DNA of 64,000 bases from Eledone cirrhosa (taxonomy: Eukaryota), in NCBI GenBank assembly GCA_964016885.1, contig OZ024743.1:56730001-56794000 (forward strand). The letters are read 5' to 3'. Numbering within the stretch: the first letter of the stretch is position 1; the number at the start of each line of letters is the position of its first letter. A model generated the notes under the pieces. The model was not told where the DNA came from. It did no database searches and saw only the letters and a list, made by a program, of their open reading frames with translations. Made by a program: the position numbers and the translations under genes. Shown here piece by piece: positions 41,119 to 55,054 of the stretch.

Positions 41119-42439
41119 TATATATAAATATAAACAGGGTGTCCACCAAAAATATATACACATATTTATTAGAATGCTGTTGAAGTGTGTATACATGAAT
41201 ACTTAATTCTGTTCCTGCACCAGCCATGAGACACCACATCTACAATGGATTATTTGCATAACCTTGGTAAACGGCTTAACATAAATGGTATATATGTATG
41301 AGATAGAGGTTTGTTGCCTTAAAATAATGAAGCAACAAAGTGGAGAGGATAATTATTGCCATATAGAAGCAACCTCTTTAGTGTTGGTGATATGATAAAT
41401 TGCACCCAATATACTCTGTATTGTCAGCCAGTTTAGACATGGTAAGGTAGAAAGACCCTTTAGTTTTGTTGAGTACTTAAGTCTCTCCAGTGTTTGGGCT
41501 ATGATAAAATTCACCCAGTACACTGTATAGTGGTTGACATGAGGAAGGGCATCTAGTTGCAGAAACCATGCCACACAAAGGGCTGGGACAGATAAAATGC
41601 CACTAGTACACTTTGTAATGTGTTTGGTGATAGAAAAGACACTCCAGCTGTAAAAACTATGCCAAAACCAGAATATATGTAAACAAAATGTGGCCCCCAG
41701 CCTGTCTGGACAGTACTGACTTGGTCTGTAATGACATGTCCAACTCATGCTAGCATGAAAAAAAAATGAATGTAAAAAAAACCAAAAAAAAAACAAGAGT
41801 TTAAGGATAAATATGACTTTTTAATAGCAAACATATCAGCTCTACTATAGTGGAGCCAAATCAGTGATGGCTACTTTAAAAAAAGCCAGGCCCAGTCAAA
41901 TCTAATACATTGTCATGTTCACTCACACATGATGAGGCAAACCACTTTATGGGGTGGGGAGAGAAGGGTCTTTCAAACATCAATAGGACATAAAGGTGGT
42001 AATAGATGGAGTCAACAAGTTCTCATATACAAGCATCTTTGACACATACACATATATATATATTGAGAGAAAGAGTAAAAACCCAACCGTGATTACCAAG
42101 TGGTTTTGGCTTGTATTTAGTTGAATACCCATTCTGCTTCTTCCCATGCATAGAGTACTCCCCTGATTTGTGGTCTCCCTGGTCTCATATATATATATAT
42201 ATATATATATAGAAAGAGAGAGAGAGTTCCACAACAAATTAACAAACTGTACTTGAGAACATGCATTTCATCCGAAGTATTCTTCAACTGATGCATGGTT
42301 ATAACCGTACACGAGTTGAAGAATCCTTCTCGAGTATGTTTTTTTTAAAAATTTCTTGTGGAACTAACTCTATACTGAACAAGTCCTTTGGACTGAGTGC
42401 TTTCCCAACTTTGGATATAACTGTCCGGTTTTTCTCTAC

Positions 42440-42474
<35 letters not shown>

Positions 42475-44075
42475 AATGTCTTTCGTTTGATTAGATCCAC
42501 AAATATAAATAATTTCATCCAACTATTGTCCTGCAGAATATATTTAATCTGTTCCAGTTGATACTTAAGATTAAAAAGTTGTTTTGTTTTTTGTTTGTTT
42601 TTACATAGATTGAAGAGAATTATTATTTTTATGTATTTTTTTTTTTTAAGAATGAAGTTGAAATATTTTAAGACTGGTAAGATGTAAAAACATCAATATA
42701 TTTTCAGCTGAATGTTTTAAAAGCGGGTAAATTAAATGGTAACAGAACACGACTGACATATTTAAAGAGCTTCTCCAAATATAGACAGTTCATTGACTAT
42801 CATTTTTCTGCACATAATAAACAACCAGTAAATAAATAGCTGAATACTTGGTTCTTGGATTCTCACTAATTCAATTCAACATAGGTTTGAGCAATTAAAA
42901 CATTCCTTCCTGTGTTATATATATACTGCATAAATTCCAGGATATTTCAACAGTTTAAACAGTAATGGAAAAAAATCTTCGTTTGTGAGTGTGTGTACAA
43001 AGGATCTGCCATACCATTTTGCCGTAATCACTCACACACATACATATATATATCAATATGCCATGACAGTAAAAGTATTAGTGACATATATCGTATACAG
43101 ATGAATAATGTACAGTTTTCACTGTAATAGGGAGAAGGAGGAAGCAGAGAGAGTTCCGAACAGTTTAGAAAATTTTTTTTAGATAAAGTAAAGGGTAACT
43201 TCTGATGGAGTTTTAAGGGTGCCATCCTGACACATGGCGTGTCTTGGTCATTTTAGACGTGGCGGAACCCAGCCGATTTCTTCCAGAGAAAAGGATAAAA
43301 AAAAAAAGACAAAGGAAGAACCAACCCCAGTAGTGGACTGGTACTTTATTTATCAACCTCGAAAGGATGGAAGGCAAAGTATGTCCTCTGGGATTTGAAT
43401 TCAGAGCACAGTGAGCCATAACAAATACCAAAGACATTCTTTTAATCCAATGCACTAACTGCTCTGCCAATTCGCTGCCTTAAAATGGATAAACAAATAA
43501 ACATAATTTTGGATATTTTCAAGACTTAACAATATTTGTAAATAAAATTGTAAAACAAAAACATTTCAGATCTATAAGTTTTATACATAATCCATGTTCC
43601 AATGTTTGTGTAGTTTCAACTCTTAACATCCTGTAATGATTTAGCAAAAAATATTTAAAAAGAGGTTTGATAATTTAAATGTTTATAGTACCTTTACTAG
43701 TGGAGAGGTTTTTGTGAAAATCTGCAATAAACAACAAAAAAATGTTTTTTTTAAATTTTTAATGTGATGCAGTCCTATTGCTGCTTTGTACTTTTCAAGA
43801 ATGTCTTGCTAATGCAGTTTCATGTGGTACAGGATGTTAAGAGTTAGGGTGTGGGGGGAATGGTTGCAAATATAACAACAGCCCCCATATACAGTCAACC
43901 ACACATACTACTGGCAAATAAAAAGCACATTCACAGAAATGGCATTTGTAGACATTGCTGAATGGAGATTTCTTCAAATAAAGTTTTTTGTGAGTAAAAA
44001 GGACTGAATAAAATCAAATCACAAATATTTAAATATTGGTGTTTTTTTTGTTTTCTTTTCTTTTTTTAAAGAGAT

Positions 44076-44255
<180 letters not shown>

Positions 44256-44329
44256 TCAGTGCAGTAGTAGTATATTCATCAATTGCTACAGGGGAAAATG
44301 TGATACACTAGAAAGAAGCAATTACAAAG

Positions 44330-44760
44330 GCATAAAACTAATGAATCAGGTAATGAAAGTGCCAGAAAGAGTTAGTACAACTAATTAGAGACAGAGTCAA
44401 ATTAGATGAGATGCAGTTTGGTTTTGAGCCAAAGAGAAGTACTATAGATGCCCACTTCCTAGTGAGACAACTGTAAGAGAAGTTTCTAGCTAAGAATAAG
44501 CCTCATTATTTAGCTGTTGTGGGCGGTGGATTGGCAGTATCGGTAGAGGGTCGGACGCCATGCTTTCCAGCTTAGTAACGTCCCTTTACGATCTGAGTTC
44601 AAATCCCGCCGAGGTTGACTTTGCCCTTCATCCTTACGGGGTCGATAAAATAAAGTACCAGTAATTGCTGGCCTTGTGCCTAAAGTAGAAACAATTATTT
44701 AGCTTTTGTTGATCTAGAGTAGGATTTTGATAATGTACCTTGTTCTACAGCTGGGTACCC
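44330..44760 (+). mobile_element. RTE RT relic interrupted by a full-length Meta-domain-like SINE (44516-44693)
   Basis: LDEMQFGF relic; the SINE is flanked by the target-site duplication attatttagct (44505-44515 and 44694-44704). Confidence 0.85.
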
Positions 44761-44959
44761 TTCTTATCACTAACCACTTAATGGAGCATACTGGGAGCAT
44801 TTAATTGTCACCAACATTAGAGAGGTGGTCATGCTCTGTCAAGAGCCTGACCACCTCTCTAAGTCCTCTCATATATCATCATTTTACGTCTGCACTCATC
44901 TCGCACAGAGTTTATGGAAGCTGAGTTGGTTGTGGATGATTTGATAGGCAGAACCATGA

Positions 44960-45160
44960 ATAATCGGCAGAGAACATCAATGATAACTTGCTAAATCTTT
45001 TCATCAGTGGTGGAGGTTAATGGGCGTCCTGCTCCTTTTTTGTGCATAATGTTTGTGTAGTCAGTTTTTAACTTCTCGATCCACTCATACACATTTCTAT
45101 GTGGTAGTGCACTGTTGATGTATTGCATTAAAAGCCTCCAAAATAGAAAGGTAGAGGAAG
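44960..45160 (-). mobile_element. Mariner transposase N-terminal relic
   Basis: VYEWIEKLK...GAGRPLTSTTDEKI resembles the mariner HTH/GRP linker. Confidence 0.55.
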
Positions 45161-45434
45161 GAATGTAAAAATAAAAATCTTTTTGAAAAAAAACAAACAA
45201 AAAAACATTTGCATTCAGTCAACAATTTTGGAGAAAATATACACATACATACATACATATATATACACACATGATAGACTTCGGCAGTTTCTTTCTAACA
45301 AATTCCACTCTCATGGCATTGATCAAACAGAAACCACATGGTTGCAAATCAAACTCTTTAGACAATAGACATGCATGTGCTTCTTTGAGGAAAGATTTAA
45401 AGTTGAGTGGAGAAATATATTTAATGTGAAGTAC

Positions 45435-45595
45435 CATTTTAACTTTATTCTTATTTTGTTTAGGCTGAGAATTTGACTGTGCTTGTTGTTGTACTGATGA
45501 TGCTTGGGGAGAAGGTGGCTGGGTCGTACTAAGCATCGAACTGTTGAAATCTTCGCAGTCAAGTCTACTTAACTCATGATTTATTTTAGAATCAG
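45435..45595 (-). CDS. ICA1: ICA1 homologue internal exon (ADSKINHELSRLDCEDFNSSMLSTTQPPSPQ...KNKVKM)
   Basis: Acceptor ttttcttgcag| and donor ATG|gtactt; 161 nt, phase 1-0, consistent with neighbouring exons. Confidence 0.75.
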
Positions 45596-46572
45596 CTGCA
45601 AGAAAAAAGAGAAAAAGAGAAAAATATATTAAACGAAACCATTAAAGCTATGAAAAATGAAATTAAATTTACATCTCACATTTATGTTGGTTTTAGATGT
45701 GAGATTGCATATCATATGAGGTGTCCTGGGTGTTTTAATGATAGGGGTCCCAGTCCTATTATGTTGCAGTTTTAGCTGGCCTCCTACAAGGATGCATTTC
45801 ATAGGTTTTTTGGCATGCTTTAACCTTTTAGCATTTAAACCAGCTGTATCCGGCCAGAATTCTCTCACCTCTTTCAGTTTAAATTGGTTGTAACTAGCCA
45901 CTGATACTTATGTTCTCAAAATAAATAATATCAAAATCTCATAGATTTGATATTATGTGAGAGATTATGTAAGATAAAATGAAAATACAATAATATATAT
46001 AGAGTAATGTAAATGCTAAAGGGTTAATGATAGGAGCCCTAGTCCTATCATGTTGTCACACATATGAAGGTCTAGCGATCCACCTACAAAGCTGTCTCTC
46101 ATAAGAGGCTTCTTGGGTGTTTCAATGATAGGGGTCTCAATCTTATCATGCTATTGTTGTTACAGCTCATATCTATTATGCAGGTTTAACTGGTTATGAG
46201 GTTATATCTCATATGAGGTTCTTGGGTATTTTAGTGATAGGGACTCCAGTCCTATCATCAAATGAAATGTCAACTTCTTTATCAACCCCAAAAGGATGAA
46301 AGCCAAAGTTGACCACTCAGAGTGCAATGAGTTTGAAAAAAAATACTAAGGTATTTAACTTTATACCATCAGGACTGCCATTTTGCCACCTTTCAAAGTT
46401 GAGGTGAGGTGGAGAAGAAAAAGAAAATGAAGGAAGAAATTGAAAAAAAAAGAAGAAAAGAAAACAAATAAAAAATAAAAATAAAAGGAAAAATAAAAAA
46501 TAAAAATAATAAGAAGAAGCAGAATAATAATAAGGAAAAGAAAAAGAAGAAATGTTTGGGTTAGTAGTTTAC

Positions 46573-46839
46573 CTTCTGTAAGAGTCAGTTTATCAATATC
46601 AGACGACCTGTCAAGGAGACTGGAAGGCATAAAGCCGGCAACATTCTCGGCTTGGTCACTTTCAACAGGTGTACAATTAGATGTTGACGATAACGAGTTG
46701 GGACCAAATACAGCCTGCCACTCACGACTAAACTCATTCTCTTCAGTGGAGGGAGCATTGAGGATTTCATTTAAAAGAGAAATATCATCTTTCTCGGCTT
46801 CATTGTCATCCAGGTTGTCACCAAGCAGATCTTTTTGTC
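46573..46839 (-). CDS. ICA1: ICA1 homologue internal exon (GQKDLLGDN...LLNEILNAPSTEENEFSREWQAVFG...GFMPSSLLD...TE)
   Basis: EFSxEWxAVFG and FxPSxLLD motifs of the ICA69 C-terminal domain; acceptor ttttccag| and donor G|gtaaac; 267 nt, phase 1-1. Confidence 0.9.
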
Positions 46840-47224
46840 CTGGAAAAGATACACAAGTAGTTATAATCAATCCCATTAGTCTCAGGTCTCAAATAATGCC
46901 CCTACCCCAACAATACACTTAATTTTCCAGATTTCTTTTCTACACAGCACTAACACTAACATTCTACAGTGTATTGGGTGCATTATATCATGGCACCAGT
47001 ACTTCCACCTTACAGAATGTACTGGGTGCATTTTATTGTGGCATCAGCACCACCACTTTACACAGTGTACTGGAAGCATTTTATCATGGTACCAGCATTA
47101 CCATCCTACAAAGTGTACTAGGTGTTTTGTATCATAACAGCAGCACTATCACTGTACATAATGTACAGAGTGCATTTTATTGTAGTATTGGAGAACCTCA
47201 GCGAATAAGTAATCAAACAGAGAC

Positions 47225-47353
47225 CTGCTTTCTCTAGTTTCTGAGCATTGATTTTTTCAAGTTCCTTTGATGTTAAATCTTCGATATTCTTTGTCTCATC
47301 CTCATCAAAGTCAATAAAAGGGTTTTCAATGTTGTTTTTCTGACTTTCTTTTT
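47225..47353 (-). CDS. ICA1: ICA1 homologue internal exon (EKESQKNNIENPFIDFDEDETKNIEDL...LEKA)
   Basis: Acceptor ttcttttag|, weak donor G|gtctct; 129 nt, phase 1-1. Confidence 0.7.
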
Positions 47354-47469
47354 CTAAAAGAAACAAATACCAAAACAGTTGTTAAAATTATTATTCAAAA
47401 TTAGTTTAGTTTTCTACACAAATACTGCAACAACAACACCAATATCAATCATCATATATAAGTTTATTT

Positions 47470-48045
47470 CACGTTGGGGAACATCTACACTGACCGGGAG
47501 AGTGTCTACCAAAAAACTGCAAGAACATCTATCAAGGTTGGGAGCACATTCATTTGGGTCGAGAGAGACTATCTATCAAACCTGGGAAAATATCTAGCAA
47601 GCTGAAGACAGGAAAAATACTTACCAAGTCAGAGAGAACATGTACCAAAGCTGGAGGACCATCTCCCAAGACTAGAACATCTACCAAGACTGGAATATCA
47701 TCTGCTAAGACTGGGATATCATCTACCATGACTGAGATAACATCTACCATGACTGGGATATCATCTACCACGACTGGGATATCATCTAAAACTGGGATCA
47801 CATCTACCAAGACAGGAAGAACATCTGCCAAGATTGGGAAGACATTGCCAAGATTGGGAGAACATCTACCATGGTTGGGGGAGCATCTACCAAGACTGGG
47901 AGAACATCTACCAAGACTCAGAGAACATCTATCAAAGCTGGGAGAATGTCTATCAAGATTGAGAGAATATCTAGCACAACTGGGAGAGTATCCTACCAAA
48001 CCTGGAATAGTATCTACCAAAGCTGGGAGAACATCTGCCAAGTGT
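47470..48045. repeat. Degenerate 21-bp minisatellite in an ICA1 intron
   Basis: Unit agaacatctaccaagactggg. Confidence 0.85.
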
Positions 48046-48191
48046 GTAAAATGGACATAAAATGATGATGATGGTTATGATGATTACATGTGCATGTATA
48101 GATATAGTGAAGGTGGTGCCTCATATAATTAAGGGTTTGAGGAAGATTTCAGGTGCAACAGACCAATCTCAGTGCTGTGCATTTAACAAAC

Positions 48192-48302
48192 CTTGAGCAT
48201 CACCAAACATAGTGTTGCGTCGAAAGACAGGGTTTGTCATGTCTCTCCTCATATATGGCACCTTGTACTGATTTCTTCTCCTTGGTAAAATACACACTTC
48301 AT
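48192..48302 (-). CDS. ICA1: Candidate ICA1 cassette exon (DEVCILPRRRNQYKVPYMRRDMTNPVFRRNTMFGDAQ)
   Basis: Acceptor gtatttgcttttag| and donor AAG|gtttgt; 111 nt open, symmetric phase 1. Confidence 0.5.
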
Positions 48303-50524
48303 CTAAAAGCAAATACTTTCATGTAATGGAATATTTTCTACTTAATATTACATAAAACACGCCAACATATTCAGATACACTCTCACACAGAACTGAACTG
48401 TTGGTTTCGATGACAAGTTTTCCAGTTGTTCAACAAGGCTGCCCGCTTGTGAAATTAGCATGCAAGTGGCTGAACATGCCACAGATATGTGCATCCTTAA
48501 CATAATTTTCAAGGATGGGAGCACCCTTCAGTATGTGCCAAAAAACATAACTTCTCTACAATAGGTAAAACGTATGACTGTATGTAAGAAGGATGCAGAC
48601 TCCTCGGCCTGTCTGGGAGGTCAGTAGCCCTGCTTCAGTACTGACTTTGTCTATATAGACCCGTCTAACCCTTGTTATCAGAGAAAGCAGACATTAAATG
48701 ATGATGATGATGCTTCAGAATGACAATATATGACAAGGCTGGCCCTCTGAATTATAATTACAGCCCAACTGACATGTTTCCAAGCAGTTTTTGTCTACCT
48801 AATTTCACTCATAAGGCTTGGGTTGACCCAAAGCTACGGTGAATGATACTTGTCCACGATGCCACACAGTGGGATTGAACCCAGTACCAAATGATTGTTA
48901 AGCGAAACTTTTAATCATTTGTCGATGCTTTATCCATACAACACATATAACCTATATATTCTAGGGAGCAAAATCCTGTCTGGCTGGAATTTTGTGTATT
49001 TATAAATCAAGATCTAATGTGTCTACAATACCATTCATTATAATGGCTTCAACAAAGATATATTTCATCTATCATGCCAAATCTAAATTGTAAAACATAC
49101 ACACATAAGCAAGGTATCTCATTAGATGTATGATACTGAAAGGATTAAAAGAGATGCAGCACATCATCGCAAGCTCTTTCCCTAAAAGCTGTCACCTCAT
49201 TACTCTTATGACAGGCTTTTCTTTTCTTCATTTATTGCTGGAATCAAAACTCAATATACATACAACAGCCACTCTTTACCATCTCGTTAAAGAACAGCTC
49301 ACACTTATGACCGCAAATGTTTTGTGTACTCTCGGGTCTCGAATAATTGTCCCATTCTTATCAAATTTTGCTAATCTATCTCTGGCGAAATTTTATTATA
49401 TGTGGTAGCATTCCTGACACAATTAATTTTCTTTAAACATTAAAAAAATTATTCATGACAAAAAATGTACATTACTAGAAATTCCATACGTTATAAAATA
49501 AATAGAATGAGTCGGGGTCTTGGTATGTAAACTAAATGACTAATTCTGGTTTTAAAAAAAATCAACTGATTTTTCAACCTGCCCCTCCTATTATTTTGGA
49601 CCAGAGAGTACACATACTTATATTAGGTTCTTATTAAATTTAATTTACGTAATTTTTTTTAATGTTTGCTGCAAGAGTTTTACAAAATAAAGCAAATTTA
49701 TAGTTGCTAAGATAGTGTTCCCATTGGACCTTTAAGGACTTCTTTATTCAGATAATTCATTTAATGTAAACCTAACACTTAGTAACATTTCATACTCTTG
49801 TATGCTTGACATTATCTAAAGAATAACTTATCAAAACAATATCTAAAGAAACATATTCGCAACCAATCTCTCAGATTTTTACGAAGCACTGAGTGGATAA
49901 AGTTAATGGCTTAATAGTTCAAAGCATCTGGCCAGTATCTGGGAAATACAGGGTTCGATTCCTTGTAGCAGCCGACGGCAATTTCTTTTTCCATCTTTAA
50001 GGGTTTTTGTCCTATTTTAAAAGATCGCTGCATATGAGCATATCATTCTTTAAATTAACTTTATCCTCTCAGTGCTTTGTAAAAGCCTGAGAGATTAGCT
50101 ACGTATGTGTCTGTTTACATTTAAAAGCTGTGATTCAGCTACCTAATTTAAGATGGTGAGCATTGCCACGGTTCCTTGGTTTAATGGTTCAAAGCATCTA
50201 GCCAATATCTAGGAGATACGGGATTTGATTGCTTGTAGTAGCCAATGGCAACTTCTTTTTCCATCTTTAAAGGGCTTCACTCTATATTATAGCATCTCCA
50301 CACATGAGCACACCACTCTTCATATTAATATCTGAAGATATTCTATGATCAGCTAGGTGGGGAATAGAACATAAATGTTAAGTGAGGAGTTTGTTTACTG
50401 TTCAATTCACTTTATGATCAGGAGATTAAGTGAGAAGTGGTTGTATATGTTATACAATATTATAAACTCTATCTTCTAAACTTGTATATTACTCCTCTCT
50501 GGCCAAACTTTAGACAATTCTTAC

Positions 50525-50625
50525 CTGTATCAGATTTATCATATTCATAGAGATTTTGCAAACTACTATTCTTCTCGGTATCTCTTTTACTCTGGCTTTC
50601 GTCATCATCTTCCAATGATAAAAGT
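50525..50625 (-). CDS. ICA1: ICA1 homologue internal exon (LLSLEDDDESQSKRDTEKNSSLQNLYEYDKSDT)
   Basis: Acceptor ttctcacag| and donor CAG|gtaaga; phase 2-1; LLSLE resembles the LISLE motif that follows the AH domain. Confidence 0.8.
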
Positions 50626-51218
50626 CTGTGAGAAAGAATACAGGAATCTGTTTAAAAATTTTTTCAAAGGAAATCTGAAAATATTTTAACAACAACAGTT
50701 ACATTCAAGTAATTAAAAAATGTCATGTTTATACAATTAAATTTGATTTCATATTTCTTCTATATCTGCATCTACAAACAGCCTGTTTCTGCATCATCGG
50801 TATAGTGACAGAGAGCTGATATCAAGAGAAAAGGCTAGAAAATGGAAAAAGAATTTCCGTGCCTCCGGAATTATTCATTAGAGTTTATATACAGGCTAAA
50901 AAATCTTTTATCTGAAAATCCAAAAGGTGAATGTTTTTCTTGTACTGACATGACTTGCCACAAATGGAAAATTCCACAAAGGATATATGTAGAAGTTGTC
51001 ACATTTTATAGATGCTATATACAATGCATACAAAATACTCTAAAATCTGAAATCCAAAGCACTCCTGGTCCCAAGAATTTTGGATAAAGGATTCTCAACC
51101 TGTATTTAAAATGTGTACTCTAAAGAATTATACATTAACTAACATTGCATGTGTACAAAAGTTCACCAATGAAAATATTGCTGTTTTCAACAATTTAACC
51201 ATTAGCAAAATATATATA

Positions 51219-51380
51219 TATTCATTTATTATGGCTAAGTAGTGAGTTTTGTTACTCTGGAGGTTCACCTGTGCACTCACAGGATCATCAGACAGATAGT
51301 TTTGCCTAATGATCCCTGTGAGTGTGAAGGTGAAAATCCAGAGTAACAAGACTTGCTACTAAGCCATAATAAATGAATAT
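51219..51380. mobile_element. Palindromic (foldback) MITE
   Basis: atattcatttattatggct...ttactctgga is inverted to tccagagtaa...agccataataaatgaatat. Confidence 0.8.
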
Positions 51381-51451
51381 TTAAACTCTACTTCGGTATT
51401 GAGTACTCTTTTCTCTCATCCGTCAACCATGTACATACATACACACATACA

Positions 51452-51815
51452 CTAGAAGACAAAAAGTGTCCCAACTGAGGAATACACCTCCCAACCTAAC
51501 CTAGTACTTAGCGTCTTCAGAGCTAGGACTAGACAGATCCAGAGACAGAGGGCAACTTGGAGGAGAAGGATATGGAAGTTGAAGGAACCCTCAGCTGGGA
51601 ACAAATTTAGGAAAACCTTGCTTGATGCTTTTGACAGTAAGGAAGAAGAAATAGAGATGTGCAATATAGAGAAGCCGTGGAAGTTACTGAGAGAGAATCT
51701 GCTGAAGGCCACAAACGAGATCTGTGGCTGGAGCAGGGCTCCAGGGAGAAGCAGAGTGATCTGGTGGTGGAATGCCAAGGTAGATACTACAATCAATTAA
51801 GGCTATGAGACAAAC
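51452..51815 (+). mobile_element. RTE-type LINE ORF2 fragment (endonuclease-RT linker)
   Basis: RRRIWKLKEP...LLKATNEICGW...WWWNAKVD. Confidence 0.7.
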
Positions 51816-53632
51816 ATGAAAAAACTGGAAGGGCATCCAGCAGTCATAAAAACCCAGCCAAAACATGGTCCCGCTATGAGCAAAGTACGGCGTGACCAAC
51901 TGGCCTGACTTGCCTCATAACAGGACCACCCAGTCCCATGTTGTAAACATGGTTAGTATTAGGAAGTGCATCCAGCAACCACACAAACCCAACCAAAACA
52001 TGGTCCCGCTATGAGCAAGGTACTGCATGCCTAACTGGCCAGACCTCACTAATAATAGGACCACCCAGCTCCAAAAAACAGAACTACCCAGTTCCACACT
52101 GTAAATGTGGTTGAGGCTAGGAAGGGCATAAAGCAGTCATAAAAACTCAGCCTAAAAGCAGTCCCTCTGTGAGAAAGATACGGCATGGCCAACTGGAAAG
52201 TCCCTCCTTATAACAGAACCACACAGTTCCATGCTGTAAACGTGGTTGGTGTTAGGAAGGGCATCCAGTAGTTGTAAAAACTCAGCCAAAACATGGTCCT
52301 ACTAGGAACAAGGTATGGTGTGGCCAATTGGCCAGACTTACCACATGGACGACTCATCCAACCTATCCATGCAAGTATGGAAAAATATGTTAAATGATGA
52401 TGATGACAATAATATTATATATATAAAGTGGTCGTGTAGGAAGGTGGTTGGTGTTAGGAAGGGCATCTAGCTGTAGAAACCAGGCCAAAACCAGTCCTGT
52501 ATGAGCAAGTCATGGTCATCAGACCTGGCTTGTCTCACAACTGGGCAACTCGTCTAACCCATGTTAGCGTGGAAAAGGGGCGTTAAACGGTAATGATGAT
52601 TATATATATATATATAATTCCCATGTATCTCCTTCACCTATACCCCAGCCCACACAGTAAAGTGGTCATGTAGGCATCACAATCAAAATCCTTCAGTCCA
52701 CTCTGTAAATGGAATTGGCATTAGAAAGGACATCCAGCTGTAGAAACCAAGCCAAAATCAGTTCTGCATGAGCAAGACACGGTCATCTGATCTGGCTTGT
52801 CTTATAACAGGACAACTCATCTACCCCATGCTAGCGTGGAAAAATAGATATTAAACGGTGATGATGATGATGATACATATATACACAGTTGCAAAACATA
52901 AATAATAAAAATGTAAATCTTGAAAAAGTACACCTGGAGGTGTCTGTAAAGAATTGAACGACACATCAATTTAGATGCTGGTCAGTGTCTTAACCATTAC
53001 ACTAAGAAGTCCTGGCTGCCGTTTGTCATCTGTTTTAGAAGATTTAAGCCTATGGCTAGAATGTAAACATGTGGTTGGCTTTACAAAGCTTCTTTTTCCT
53101 CTTCTACTTGGTCCACTTATTCCTGAGAGAGTCATGGGGGCAGAGTCTTCAAACACGCCTTTCTTTAGGCACAATGCCAACAATTTTTGGGGGGAGGCGA
53201 AAGTCAATTAAATTGATCACAATGCATTACTGGTACTCTATTTTCTCGACCCTCTAAGGATGAAAGGCAAAGCTAACCGTGGCAGGATTTGAACAAGATC
53301 GTAAAGGGATGTAACCCTATGCTTATAAAGCATGTTGTCTGACGCTCTACCGATATTGCCAATCCACTGCCCTTGTCTTCAGTAATATCAATAGTTAATT
53401 CTAACATATAAAGACAAACTGAATCATCATCATCAAACAGCACCATCATCACTGTTTAATGTCTATTTTCAATGTTTGCATGGAAGAAGATAAACTGTAT
53501 GTTATGATGTATTTACAAATGCTTTTTTCAATGTTGAAAAGTTATAAAACATTATCATTCAAGCAACAAGCAAATTCATGGTTATTTCAAAAATAATCAA
53601 CAATCACAACTTTTAGGACCTTAGGACCCCCC

Positions 53633-53664
<32 letters not shown>

Positions 53665-55054
53665 TAAGGTGAGTTTTTTTTTACTGAAATATGGGTAAAA
53701 GCTGGGAATTGGTATTAATAAACCAAAGGCAGATATTAACATAACACTATTAATTAAGCTAATTAGCATAGAATTTATTGTTAGTAAATTGTCAGTAGAT
53801 GATTATTAAACACAAACTATATGAGGTTAGGTTTGGTGTCAGTAAGGTTGGAGTCTTTTATAAATACAACAGGCATAGATGCATTGTGTTATTATGAGAT
53901 CAGCTGCACAGTATTGGATTTTATTGCTCATCTCATGAGATTAGAGCCGGACCATCACCTAGTGAGACCCTAAGCTATATGAAATTTGAGATCCTTCTCA
54001 AAAAGAAATTCAGCTTAAAAATTTTTTTAAATAATTATATATGATTAATATTTTTTATATTAATGTTAAATAATAAAAACTATATGATAAAATAAGAATA
54101 TATATTTAACCCTTTAGCATTCACATTACTCTATATTTACTATTGTATTTTCACAGTAAAGGTTTTATCTTACATAATATCAAATCTATGAGATTTTGAT
54201 GTTATTTATTTTGAGAACACTACCTTAACATCGCTATGATCGGTTGGTTACAACTGATTTGAACAGAAAGAGGTGAGAGAATTCTGGCCGGATTTGGCCA
54301 GTTTAAATGTTAAAGAGTTAAAAAGTGAGGCTCCCCAGAGTGTGTCCCTAAGCTATAGCTTATTTAGCTGATAGGTAAGTCCAGCATAGCCTGAGATAAA
54401 CACTGATTGTATATACAGAACTTAAACTAACCATGTTAGTGCTGAACCCAGTAATGGCTGATCTCATAACACTGACCCCACAGAGGAGATGACAAAGGAA
54501 GGCCGATCCAATCCATGCAAGAATAATGAAGATAAGGGTAGCAATAATGATGATGATAGTGGTGGGGTTGGTGGTGATGATGATCGATAAAGAGTAATGT
54601 AGTGTGGGGGGGGGGGGGGGGGGGAAAGCAGACATATTATATCCTGTGTTATTTGTTAGTAGAGCAGCAGCACAGAGTGTGTGTGATGTAGGAGTGGGAA
54701 AAGGAGAGGATGAAGTATCTTTTAACTTGAACTATGTGTATCTAACATCATGTGCAAGCATCGACTTGGCTGGTTGGGACACATTACATGACTCCTAAGT
54801 GAAAGACATGCTAATTAGATCCTGTATTGATACCCCCATGGAAAGAGGACATCCAAAAATGAACTGCTGGCAGACAATCAACAGAGACCTGAAACCTGTC
54901 AACAAATGTTGGAACAATGTATTGCTAGATGCAACTGAACATGGCCATTGGAACACTTTGGCTGCCTCATATGTCTCAAGACACAGGAGCTTCTAAGTTT
55001 AACTAAGTATCTTGAACTAGAATCTGTTTTCTAGTACACAAATTAGAAACCATA

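Noticed and set aside
47550-48060. ORFs on both strands (163 and 168 aa)
   Set aside because: Degenerate 21-bp minisatellite.
52971-53207. Possible ICA1 exon
   Set aside because: The apparent acceptor (ccatgactctctcaggaataagtgg) matches the RTE LINE 3' end seen at about 6940; it has no ICA69 similarity.
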